Assembly: GCA_002633005.1 (NCBI GenBank) | Contig: NMRA01000810.1 | Span: 62,001-126,000, forward strand | DNA from: Phoronis australis | Lineage: Eukaryota > Animalia > Phoronida | Length of the DNA: 64,000 nt | Direction of reading: 5' to 3' | In this document: positions 36,921 to 48,361 of the stretch, piece after piece | Position numbering within the stretch: position 1 is the first letter of the stretch | How the letters are laid out: each line of letters begins with the position of its first letter | Notes under the pieces: generated by a model | What the model was told of the DNA's origin: nothing | Database searches by the model: none | What the model saw: only the letters and a program-made list of their open reading frames with translations | Made by a program: the position numbers and the translations under genes

Positions 36921-37362
36921 AACCCCTTGTTTTCGCTCAAATGCTGCTCGGGTGGAGAGGAGACATATTAACTGGTAGCGAAAATGGCTTCTTAGTTGTG
37001 AACATCCTTTCTGTCGGGCTTCAACACAAGCGTTTTCAGTGATGACGTATTGTTAACATACACCTGTAGTAAGTAATGTCACGTGATGAGACCCATGACT
37101 TAAAAGTTACATGGACATCTATGAGAAGCCAAGTGACAATTTCACATGTTCACAGTTGAATCACGTGTGTAAGCGATCGAATCAACTGACTGATCCCGTC
37201 ACCATAACTGTACAGTATACTGTCCACAACAACTGTACACTTGTACACACAACGATGACGAAACAGAATATCTCTTTCCATTCACTTTAAGATTTGACTT
37301 ATGAAGCTAAGCTTGATGACGTTAATGTAATGCACAATGCCAGTGCAACTGCAGCACTGAAA

Positions 37363-37508
37363 TTACTCGTTTGCGCACACTTCTTGGGCAACAATGCGAC
37401 ACCCGTTACCATAACACGTGTATGCATCATTTTCCTTTATTCCCTCACAAGATTCGACGTACATCTGGATTGTAACCTCCCCTGCCGGTAACTTGCAGAA
37501 ACCATCGA
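37363..37508 (-). CDS. D3 terminal coding exon (IDGFCKLPAGEVTIQMYVESCEGIKENDAYTCYGNGCRIVAQEVCANE*)
   Basis: Acceptor TTTGTTTCAG, phase 1, TAA at 37365-37363. Contains DG.C..P.G, DAYT and RIV..E motifs. Not in the ORF track. Confidence 0.85.
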
Positions 37509-37700
37509 CTGAAACAAATGAAGCAAATTGCAAAATCCATCAAGTGCGCTTTCATACTGAATCATTTTCGGTGGTCAAAGCACAGAAATCAGACCTTTCG
37601 CACACCGATGGTTGAAACTGCTCTCCAAACAATTTAGCGAATTCCATTCCGAATATAGTGACACTGGAACAACGCGGATCTTCTAGAGCAACCCCCCCCC

Positions 37701-37856
37701 CCTCCCGCACACTATCCATGGGGAAGTGAAGGCATCAAGATTTTTCCTATGGAACTACGACCAAATTACCAATATANCCCTCCCGCACACTTTCCATGGG
37801 GAAGTGAAGGCATCAAGATTTTTCCTATGGAACTACGACCAAATTACCAATATATA
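37701..37856. other. About 77-bp false tandem duplication at a single-N contig join
   Basis: The same sequence lies on both sides of the N at 37778, with one mismatch. Confidence 0.85.
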
Positions 37857-37905
37857 CACACACGGAATTAAAATTATAAAGAAAAGTGACCGTCACTGAT
37901 GTTAC

Positions 37906-38063
37906 CAGTGGCGGATTTAGACGGAGGCCAAGGTGGCCATGGCCTCCTTAAGATTTTCCCATACTCCATTCGGCAGTTCAGGAGTGCGAATGCCTGACGG
38001 GCAAAATCCTGGCTAATACTGTGTCCTGGCCCCCTTAACTCAAAATCCTCAATCCGACCCTGA
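37906..38063 (+). mobile_element. hAT-like MITE (CAGTGGCGGATTTAG...ATCCGACCCTG family)
   Basis: Related copies occur in reverse orientation at 39112-39265 and 54808-54936. Confidence 0.65.
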
Positions 38064-38251
38064 TTAGCGACAATAATACCAAATCGAAAAGGCATTAACT
38101 TGATAAATTCGCAATTTTCAGCTTGGCCACCCCCCTGAAGTGATCAGTGATAGTTTAAGATGGTTGCGATATATGTTTTGCTTTCTTCTAACACGGATTT
38201 GTCATCAAAACTGTACAAGTTTTGTCCATATGACAATAGGCCAATACTCAC

Positions 38252-38453
38252 TGATCATCATATGAACACTATCGTCGACTGCCCGTTGTTTGTACATGTA
38301 CTTGTAAATGCCACCGACTATTGGTCCCGGATCCCGACATCGTTCACCGTTCACCAGGAATCCCCACGTGGAACACCATCCGCTTTGACGCAGGTTACCT
38401 TGATAGTAAACGCGGAGGTAACTGGTTGATGACTGTTTATTGAACGTTGCTTC
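38252..38453 (-). CDS. C3 exon: core of CTHRC1-like domain 3 (EATFNKQSSTSYLRVYYQGNLRQSGWCSTWGFLVNGERCRDPGPIVGGIYKYMYKQRAVDDSVHMMI)
   Basis: Acceptor TCTATTGCAG, donor A|GTGAGT, 202 nt, phase 0 to 1. It is the closest of the three domains to the CTHRC1 sequence [22 protein letters not shown]. Confidence 0.88.
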
Positions 38454-39111
38454 CTGCAATAGAAGAGGATTCTGTTAAAAATATATTAGGCAAAATTTTG
38501 GATTTCGCTTAGGTCATGTAACGTCGTAAAATATGTCTCGTCTCGTTCTTTACACAGTTTAACAGTGGTCTCCGTGTTCAGAAGTGACTGGCAGTTATTT
38601 CCTTAAAAGAAACTTGCAAAATGTTCTGTCAGGGCGCTATCCGAGGTTTTATGAAATTGCTGTCAAGAGATAACAGACTGCCAGCTCTTGGAAAGCATTT
38701 TTCTAAGGGACAATTGGAGATCAGTTTCGTAGCGGTATAGTGGCAGATCTAGGATGCCATAAGGGGAGGCAACATGTTGCCTCGGGGAATTGGACAAAGC
38801 GCGATCATTGCATGTGCACAGGCGGCCTGGAAATTGCGGGGGCTGGCGATGTGGTCCTTCTGTTCAGAAAATCTATCGGTGGACTAAATAAAAGAAACGG
38901 GGCCACGATTCCGCACCAGTCTGTGGTCTGAGCCACCCCTCATCCACTACAGGCTCTCATTACTGAACTCAATATTTCCTCAAGCTTGAAGCTGTTGCCG
39001 TTTCGTTTTGCTTGCATCGGTACCGGTAGGTACGCGGAATAATGTCTCGTGGGATATTACTTTATGTACGCCACTCTCGGAAGGTTTTGTGTATATATTG
39101 TACGCAAGAAT

Positions 39112-39265
39112 CAGGGGCGGATCCAAGATTTTGAATGGGGAGGCAGGGCAGAGTATTAGCCAGGATTTTACACGTCAAACATTCGCACCCCCGAACTGCC
39201 AAATGTAATCTAGGAGCATTTTAGGGGGAACATGGCCATCTTGACCCCCTCTAAATCCGCCACTC
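39112..39265 (-). mobile_element. hAT-like MITE, same family as 37906-38063
   Basis: CAGGGGCGGATCC...CTAAATCCGCCACT. Confidence 0.65.
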
Positions 39266-39800
39266 GGAATAAAATGCACCGACAATATGTCAGTGTAATA
39301 TCTGAGGCAATGAACATGACGTCACAGGAGTCGCTATAAAACTAGTACCTTTATAATTTTCATGAACAATTGTAATGCTTCATGAAACGGAAAAAACGGA
39401 AACTTAATTCTGTTTAAGAAAACAGTGATAACGTTTCTGAGATCTCCTCTTCAACATTTACATCGAATAAAATTTGAGCACGAGATACTGATACCGGAGA
39501 TTTTCTGTAGATAAGCCCATGGTAAATGATAAAAATCTTGTCTTTTAGTAGCACCAAATAAACGCCCGGGGTCTATTCGTAAAAGAGGGATGTGTGAATA
39601 AAAATTCATAGTTTTGCTGATTTTAATTGTTTTACTTAAAACTTTGTTTTTACATTTTATGTTGATAAATGCATAGCACACCTCTCAGGTGATTACGACT
39701 GATAACGGAGGTCTGTAGATGACATTTTAAAATGTTCACTTGTACTTCCTACCCTGGTGGAAACTTACAATAATTAGATAAAAGAGCATCAACTTCTTAC

Positions 39801-39898
39801 ATATGGTAAAGTTCCGTTATCTGTAGGGTCACCCTTCTCCCAATACCATTACTGAATGTTGAAATCAGTGACGCTGCAGCTGTGTTTCTCGAGAAGGT
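39801..39898 (-). pseudogene. B3 exon with a nonsense codon (DLLEKHSCSVTDFNIQ*WYWEKGDPTDNGTLPY)
   Basis: Acceptor CCGATTTCAG, donor TAT|GTAAGA, 98 nt, phase 1 to 0. FNIQ* aligns with FNVQQ of exon B2. Confidence 0.75.
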
Positions 39899-41292
39899 CT
39901 GAAATCGGACAGATACGACTGCTTCACAATGCAGTATTATTTATAGTACTGGGGCCGCACCGTCTACAAACATGTTTATGCGCGGCTATAATGACATATG
40001 TTTTCTAACAACACAGGCCTCTGTCGATCACAGCTTCGTCAAATCAGTCTCACAATTTCGGAAATACGCACGTCCCAGTGCACCGTGTTCAAACACAAGA
40101 GGTCGAGCTCTATTACGAAAGTATAGTACACGCGAAGCGTGAACCGACTGAAGCCCAAGTTGTCTTTAACAGCACATGCACTTGAAATGTGACTGTAAAA
40201 ATGAAATTTTTTTGGATAATGAAAAATGAAGGAGAAACAGCCGGTGAGAAAGTATAAAACGAGAAAGAACGCCGTTGGTTGCCTGGAAAGACCATGAGCA
40301 TCGTGAAAATTGCATCACTCTGGCCTGAACATGAAAGCTACGCTTGCAAAAGTCATCTTATTTTAGTACACCTTTCGGTAAGGCAAACCGTGATCTTATC
40401 CTATAAGAATCCTATAGGATCCTATAGGATCCCACTGAATATTTTCGTATGGGAGTATACCTTTCGGTAAGGCAAACCGTGATCCACCAATTAATACTGA
40501 TCCACGGGTGTAGCAAGTGGTCTCTAAACTCCGGTACTACAGGTGCTAAGGACACCATTCATATAAAGACTAATCAATTGGAAAGGTAGCTTCGACCAGA
40601 AATATGAGTAACACAGGTTACTATAAGCATGTGTGCGATGCGCATTCATGGAACAGATTCGCAAGCAAAGCCGCCGTTTCGAGACATGAACAAACCGTTC
40701 TCACAGCTAAAACCGAGGGCTATTAGACAGCTTTTCGATGGCGAGCCCCGATCTTGTCATTGTTTTATCTCAATGCAGCACATTTTAATTGTAAAGGCAA
40801 CATTTACGGACAATCTTCAGCTGCCGCTGTTGTTTCTCCGATCTTACTCATCGAAACCAACGCGTACTGTATTTATGGAGTCGTTTTTAGGAACACACTA
40901 TTGTTCTGACTCGTAAGCAATATTATTGGTCTTGGAAGTAAAGGGAATCTGCATACATCGTTTTGAATACAATTGGAATTTGGTTCACGTGAAAAGATCC
41001 TGTTATTCCTGGATCACTTCGCATTAGCATGTCCAAGTCGTATTACATTGTTTCTACGCTCCTTTGCCGGCTCTTGAATCGAAAGCAGACGATCTTCAAT
41101 TAGATTAACTAGATTTGTACCTCAGCAATTTTTTTTAAAAAACCATTAAGTTTGCCCATCTAGGAGAAAAATCCAGTCTTCAAACTATTACGTTGCAAGA
41201 TAACTTTCGATTTCAGCTTTGACCGATTTCGGTCTTAACTTTGGTCATTAAAAAATTTCAAGAATCTGGGCTCAGACATTTGGGTCTTTTAA

Positions 41293-41340
41293 GATCAAAA
41301 TCTGACGAAGTACTTAAAAGTACTTCGTCAGATTTTGATC
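41293..41340. repeat. Perfect hairpin with a 23-bp stem
   Basis: GATCAAAATCTGACGAAGTACTT-AA-AAGTACTTCGTCAGATTTTGATC. Confidence 0.9.
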
Positions 41341-41819
41341 CAAGTTAAGGCAGAAACAGTTTCACAAAACGACCGCTAGGTGTTATTTGGCTTTTTGATA
41401 AGCAGACTGAAGACATTGTCGTTTAACTTCTGTTTCATGGGTCTTTCTGTTGGTCAAACCTTATTTACTGTCACGTATTAATTCGGATGTTATCCCACTA
41501 GACTTACATGTATGAAGTTCTGTTCACATGTGAGGCTCTGCTGCTCTAGACGAGCTATAGCGAGCTCTGCAGCATTTCCAGTGTTCAGAAAATCTGGTTT
41601 CCAGTGGTCGTAATGGTTGACCGATGTAGGATTCGCTACATTGACTCAGAATTTGATAAACGATGTTCTTCTGTCATTGTTTTGACCTTGGTCAGGCGTC
41701 GACCACGATATACATGTAAAGACAGCGACGTAGCATACATGTACATCGGTGAATCAGATTGCACCCTCATAGCACACGCCGCCTCCTTGCTTCTGAATTC
41801 ACGTGTGGTCAAATACACA

Positions 41820-42840
41820 AAGGAGTTGGTCAGCAACCCTTGACCATTTTTAAAATGTGCAAATTAAGGCCGCCATTATCCAAAATTCTATTTTTGCTTA
41901 TAATTTCTTTACCAAGCACTACAGGCAGGTTATTTTGATGCTTTCACCTATGTTTCCATGGTCAACAAATTTAACAGTCAAAGTTTTTGGGTAGATACAT
42001 TGTCAATTTGCATAGTTTAAGCAGATTCAGGCAGGCATTATTCAAAATTTGACTTGTTCTAATATCTATGGTACCAATCATCACAGGTGAATTTTCATGA
42101 TATTTGCACCTATGTTTCTATGGTCAATTAGTTTCATGAACTCAATTTACATGTTGTTGCATGATAAATTTGCATAATTAACACAAATCAAGGCCACCAT
42201 TTTTCAAAATTATATTTTGCTTAAAACGCCCATACCAAGCACTTCACACAGGTTACTTTAATGTTTTCACCTATGCTTCCATGGTCAGTGAATTTAATGG
42301 ACCATGTTTGCGGGTGGATAAATCGTGAATTTGCATAACACATGCAAATTAAGGCCGCCATTATTCAAAATTCGACTTTTGCTTATAACTGAAGTGCCAG
42401 GCACCCCAAGTCATTTATTTTAACGCCTTTACCAAAGTTTCTGTGAAATCAGTTTGCAAGCTGTTGCATGATGAATTTTCATACTATAAACAAATAAAGG
42501 ACATCAGCATTCCAAATAATGTTTCTGCTCATAATTTCCTTACGTACATGTAGATTATTTTCGAATTGATCTTATGTTTTTATGGTCATAATGAATTTGC
42601 ATAATTGGCAATTTTCACAAATTACAGCTGCCATATTCAAAATTGTACTAGTGCTTACAACTGTTGCATCAGACACCAGAGGTAGTTATAAATACTTGCA
42701 CCCATGTTTCAGTGGTCAATGAATTTAATGAAATCTGTTTGCAGGTTGTAGCATGATAAATTTACAAAGTCTCCTAGTTTTTTAATGATGAGGTATGAAA
42801 GCATTTTCTGTAGTGAGTGTTCTGCAGTTTGATAACTTAA
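41820..42840. repeat. HINE-like element with about 6 diverged tandem core repeats of about 160 bp
   Basis: Recurring GCAAATTAAGGCCGCCATTATTCAAAATT...CACCTATGTTTCCATGGTCAA...AATTTGCATA. Confidence 0.6.
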
Positions 42841-44139
42841 ATTCCAAAAAATATTGCCTATTGCCCTGCACTCCTACAGACCATAGAAAAGACGAAGAGT
42901 AGTTTAATGACATGGGTGAATGTTGGAATGGGGCTCGGACCGATCAGTTTGTTGGGACAACATTCATGAGGTACGAATACAGTAGTGAGGTAATAGTAAG
43001 GAATTGCCCTCAAAGAAGAGGCTCTTAAGCTTTGGGCACAAGTTGCCATTTGTCCTACAAGATTGGAACAGATCTTGGAAAGATCTTGTACTAAAAACCT
43101 ATCACACGGAATGCACGTACCCAGGATATTGCACGAATCTGTCAAAAGTATGTAGATACCAGCATCGATCTATTGGATCCCATGTCCATCCCAAAGACGC
43201 AGTGGTAAACATTAGCCGTGACAGGATTGCTACTCTAACAGTTAACGTACGTGAAACAATAAGCATTTGGGCAGGCAATGTTATCAGACTTCAAGAAAGG
43301 CTGGCAGTAGGTTGGGAACACAGGTAGATAATCGCTGATGAAGATCCTTGTCCCTTAATATACATGTACATGTAGTACAGGCATATTGGAGACATCACAC
43401 GAGGAAGCTACATGTAGCTCCTTATTGCGCAACAGGACGTGAAATGTGTATATGAACTTAACAGATTTTAGGTTGTTTCGGATGACAAAAATGTATTAGT
43501 CCTTCCTGTGCATTACTAAGACAAGCCACAGCTTCAAATACCACAACCATGAAATCTTCTGGTAAGCGTAGAACAGTCGTATACATAAAGTGAACGCAGG
43601 AAACATGTAACGATATTGTCATCAGCGTAGCAGTGCATCGATACCGTAAGCTATTGTGTCAAAACTACGTCCCGCTATACTGTCACTTACTGTCCGTAAG
43701 CGCTATGCAGATGTAAAAAAATGGTTGGCTGGGCCTACACCCCACTGACATAACGTAACTTACAGTCTGCACTACGTAGGCGTTACGTTTAAACGCCAAA
43801 AGGTGGTTGGTTGCGCCTACGTGCACATGCGTCCCACAACAGCACTGTTCTTCTGGCTGCGAAGGATTTAAAGTGCTAAACAATGAACCCAACTGGAGCA
43901 GATGCGATGAGACAGCATCTATACAGATGGCCATGCATTACCCAAAAGGGGCTTGCAAATTTCTAGCTTCCAATAAATCTGCCTACAACTGCTGCTCCCC
44001 TACATGTACATCCTAGCAAACGGTTCGGAAGCGCGCTGTCATCGAAATGCTCTCAAAACAATCCTTCGATCTAAGCTGTGAGTATCAGGTTTAAGTCTTG
44101 TTCTTGCATCTGAAACAAAGAGACACATAGAGAACATAC

Positions 44140-44289
44140 CCACTGCGTAAGGAACTCCCATTCTTACTTCCTCGACAATAAATCTGCTTAAAGTGTGCTC
44201 TGTTGTAACACCTTCTAAGGAGCCGCTCGTTTTCACGTGCAGTGAGACGGTTAGTTTACCGGAAGGTAGACCTCTGCAGATGCCGTCGA
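44140..44289 (-). CDS. D2 exon, second copy (VDGICRGLPSGKLTVSLHVKTSGSLEGVTTEHTLSRFIVEEVRMGVPYAV)
   Basis: Same splice sites and length as 596-745, with 6 amino-acid differences. Confidence 0.85.
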
Positions 44290-44724
44290 CTAAAAGAATA
44301 AAATAAAACAACGTCAGCAGTTACCGGGAATTTCCGTAGATAAGTCCACCTGATGAAATGCCCTTGGAGCTTTACTTGGAAAATTATGCCGAATAAAGGC
44401 CCATGGCGTTTGTTTGGAGTTACAACTTCTGGAGTCAAACGTCAAGATAGTGGGGCGTTTATTAGGAAGTTTCCTCTTAAAGTGGTAGGTTGAAAGCTAT
44501 TTAGTTGCAGTTAATATTTGTACACATGTGTTGACTGCTAATAAAATTTGCTTGTGAACCACATTTATTTTTATTTCATCCAGCATGTTCGTCTATAATT
44601 CGTTTAAAATACACTCCCCTCCCACTTCCACACAAAACTTGGAGAACACAAAATGTTCAACTTCGGCTGTTTTCGGAAAAACGTCACGAAAGGGAGGTGA
44701 CCCGATCATTGCTGGGTCTGTCTA

Positions 44725-47700
44725 CCCGGGTGAGAATTTGACACGTTTGACACGCTCTAAAAACGTGGAGTATTGGAACGCTCTAAAAGCGTGTTAAACG
44801 TGTAAAACGTGGCGTGTTAAACGTGTAAATTGTAGCGTGTCAAACGTGTCAAGAACATGTCAAAAACGTGTAATTTTCGTTCCAATACTCTACTTTTGAC
44901 ACGTTAGCGTGTCGAACGTGGCGCTTTTGACACGCTAGCGTGTTGAACGTGGCGCTTTTGCCACGCTAGCCTGTAATCTGTCATTGCCATGGTGCGACCC
45001 CACATTTAGCCTGAGGCCGTGTACAAGCCATAATTTTGCTCCACCATCCACCATGGGACTCCATAGACCCTATTCACGCCGATAGGAGGCGCATTCCAAA
45101 ACGAGGCTCGCTACGATAGCTCTGTTAGCTTATCGGCGTAGTTCTGTGTTTCAGACCGTGTTGTTGCGTGAACGGCTAGAAAAAATACGGACACGCAACT
45201 GTCTGCTTCACAATCTCTAAAGTTGGACGTTGAGATTCGGAGGCGTTGGGTCGTTGCCGCGACGAAGCAAAATATGTCCGTGTAAAATTTATAAATGTTT
45301 TCGAAAAGTTAGATCATACATTGTATTTTGTGGCATGTCGGTCAGTTGTTAAGCCTGTAACGACTGGAGAATGGGCCAGCCAGGCTGTGTTTTCATGACA
45401 ACGGATTTAGGAGAGGTCCTAAAATTACATTGTATATCAGATCCCATTTTTTAGTTCGGTTGCAAATTGCTGACTAGCACACGTGCGCAACCAGGGCGGG
45501 TCTTGGGGGGCGAATAGACAACGCATAGGCGCTGAATGAACCCCGCCCGTTTTTTTTTTTAGTCAACAGGTCCGCAAACCCAAGAATTCAAGACCCCTGC
45601 ATCCCCAGAGTTTAGGCTGGGCGCGCGCATCTGCCGAAATGCTGCTTATTCCTGAGTCCTGCCCCCCTAACTGAAAAACCTGGATCCGCCCCTGCTACGG
45701 GTTGAAACATTATAATTTTTCTTTCCAAAAAGGACTGGGCCCTAAATCCCTCAAATTTGGGGCCCAATATCGGCCCTATTCCCCTCTCAAACACATTGAA
45801 ATATCACGCGAAATTCCCCCCACGAGGCATAAAAATTCCCCAAGTGAAAAATCTCTCTGAGTTCACATCACCTGTAACCACACAGGTGACAATTTGTAAG
45901 AGCACAAAAGGCTACTTTAAATTGAGGCAGAGCCTATGAGAGCAGGGGGTGCTATTGATGGTGATCGGGAGGTAGAATGTTCCCGCCCTCACTCGGCAAA
46001 AAAATCGCCTCTCAGTAGGCACTGGCACCGTTCCCCTCGGATGAAAGAGGCTTCTGCAGAAACATGATAACTACAGTATGATTACATTGTCCAGTTAACT
46101 GAAATTGAGTTCTAAAACGATGTTATGTTTTGGACGAACGAATTAGGTGTTTTAATTTTAAAATTCAACTTGGTGCAGATTGATATTTGAAATCTAACAC
46201 ATGAAATAGACGTAAGAATTATTACAACCAAGAAAGCATTGATGGTCAAATAACTTTTATTTTCAATTACGAGCCTGGTTTTTTATTTCAATAAAAATAT
46301 ATTTGATAACATCAATTATTCTTTCAGACCAGTGACAAATCAACTGTTAGTCCCAGTGAGTGCATAGGATCAGGCTATGCTTGATGTTAATATTCTTGAT
46401 CAACAAATTAAACCAGATGTGACTAATTGCACATGAGAGATACCGCTGTCGAATATGTCTTCAACTCGTCAACAATACGAGCAGATGACCTGGTCCGCGT
46501 AGAAAGTATTTTGATCAACAATTTACAAGAAAAAACGTAACCTTGCATTCAGCATATTACCTAATCCGTAACACTACGATCGCCGCAATTTGGTCACATT
46601 TACTTTTCATGTTTGAAACCTAGTTTTCCGAAAAAAATTAAACCCTTTCGTCAGACAACTCTTTGGCGCCTTAAGTTGTTCTCTAATGTAATTTTCTACT
46701 TCTCTGTGGTTAATTGTCGAAACATCATTAAAATTTAATATCCAGGTTGGACTCGAAAGACCGGCTATTTAACTCACGCAATGTCTACTTTCGCTTTGTT
46801 TATCGCAGTGAGCCTCGCTTTGGATCTTAATGGCCGCCGCGTGAATAGGGTCTATACTAAAAGCAAATGTATAAAGGGATTTCTTCCTTAAGTCACTGTT
46901 TATTGTAACATTCAAATAATCCAAAATGTGATACTGATATAGAATCTCTAAGATAATGTAACTATCCAATTCTTACCACATACAGTTGTCACTAAATTTC
47001 ATTACATCTAGAATAACATTAACACAGAAATAAGAAAATGGTTCAACATACAAGTTCGACGTGCTTAAGCTGCTATGTACATGTATATAAGTTAGCTTTT
47101 GAGTCATGACAAATGCTTGAATACAGTTTATGAAGTAAAGAACAGACGCACTTTGTAACATTTTTGAATTACCACGATTCAACATTTGGCACAACATCGA
47201 GTTCTTGTTGATTTTGCAGCCCAAACCTCTGCAAACAATGTTTTATCCTCATTCAAGCTGACACTAAATGTGAGTTGATCCTATAACAACAATTATGAAT
47301 TGATATACTACTGAAGATGATAGGCGTTCCAACTTCATATATTACCTGCACAGTCAACAGTTTCTACTGACTCTTTTACAGTCAAACGTACCCTTAAAAG
47401 GAAGACCATTTGCAAGAAAAAATATCAAAACACTGTCAACCAGAGTTAATACATACCGAACTTCTGTTAGAGCTGCACCACACTCTGAAACCATACTTCA
47501 TAAGTGCTCTCCTGACACAACTGCACTACCTGACACCTAAACCAACTCTAACTCAGTATGTGGATATTCGAAAAGGCAGTGAAATCTTTTGTTGCAAATT
47601 TTTTGATGTTATTAACGGAACATGTTTAGTCATTCAAATTGGGTGATTACCTTCCAGTGGTCTTTTAAGAACTGCCAAGCCTATTTAAATTGTATCTTTA

Positions 47701-48038
47701 TTGAAGAGTTCTATCATATTTTACATGTTTGACAGGCTAGCGTGTAAAATTTTACACGTTTGACACAATAGCGTGTCACATTTTACACGTTTGATATGCT
47801 AGCGTTTCAAATTTTACACGTTTGAAACGCTAACGTGGCAAATTTTACACGTTGGACACGCAAGCGTGTCACATTTTACACGTTTGACACGCTATTGTGG
47901 CACATTATTACACGTTTGACATGTGTCATGTTTTTACACGTTTTACACGTTAGCGTGGCAATTTTGACACGTATTACATGTTTTTTACACGTTTGACACG
48001 CTCAAAAGCGTGTCAAACGTGTAAAATTCTCACCCGGG
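44725..48038. mobile_element. Second copy of the CCCGGGTGAGAATTT-TIR element, with a different nested insertion
   Basis: Same TIRs and flanks as 1086-4658, but a different number of subterminal repeats. Confidence 0.75.
45065..46853. mobile_element. 1.8-kb non-autonomous TIR element with a 2-bp AT target duplication (ISL2EU/IS4EU-like)
   Basis: TIR AGACCCTATTCACGC and GCGTGAATAGGGTCT. The empty site CCATACTAA at about 1519-1527 shows an AT duplication. The superfamily is inferred from the TSD only. Confidence 0.75.
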
Positions 48039-48127
48039 CATAGCGTCCACTGCTGTGTGCCAAGAGGAGTACTTTTTCGAATTTAGACGGATTTTTAGAT
48101 TAAACTGGAGTAGCTATTTGAAGAAGA

Positions 48128-48361
48128 ATGCCGGACTGTTGTGTAGTCAGAGGCTGTGACAATAATGATACACACCACGGGCACAAGTATCCCACTGATC
48201 CAAGACTGCGTCGCAAGTGGGAAGACTTTGTGAAGTCCACGAGTGGAGCATCGCCGAATTCGGTAGTACATGTATGTAGCGAACATATTTCTACGGGCTG
48301 CTTAAAGGACGACTGCCTGCGATTCGAGTATATACATGTAGTTGTAAACCAGTTTGAGTAA
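48128..48361 (+). pseudogene. THAP-domain relic, second copy (77-aa ORF with an internal deletion and two 6-bp insertions)
   Basis: MPDCCVVRGC...HKYPTDPRLRRKW...VCSEH. Homologous to 4751-4985. Confidence 0.7.

Larger units (their letters stand above)
37363..44289 (-). pseudogene. Copy 2 (paralogue or other haplotype), 3' part only: exons 44289-44140 (D2), 39898-39801 (B3, in-frame TAA), 38453-38252 (C3), 37508-37363 (D3, natural stop)
   Basis: Phases chain 1-1, 1-0, 0-1, 1-stop. There is a premature TAA at 39851-39849. No upstream exons were found in 51441-64000. Confidence 0.65.

Noticed and set aside
43780-44016. Plus-strand Cys-rich ORF resembling a toxin precursor (NAKR-WLVAPTCTCVPQQHCSSGC...YNCCSPTCTS*), also at 218-472, with ATGAAATCTTCTG|GTAAG at 43549
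   Set aside because: Its 5' part, including KR and the first cysteines, is the reverse complement of the hAT MITE at 32543-32705. It has an odd cysteine count (9), no signal-peptide exon was found, and its last Cys comes from a TACATGTA motif. It lies antisense within an intron and is probably chance, though RNA-seq could overturn this.
48128-48361. Functional THAP transcription-factor gene
   Set aside because: The open frame results from a deletion plus footprint insertions, the other copy is frameshifted, and no downstream transposase or exons are present.
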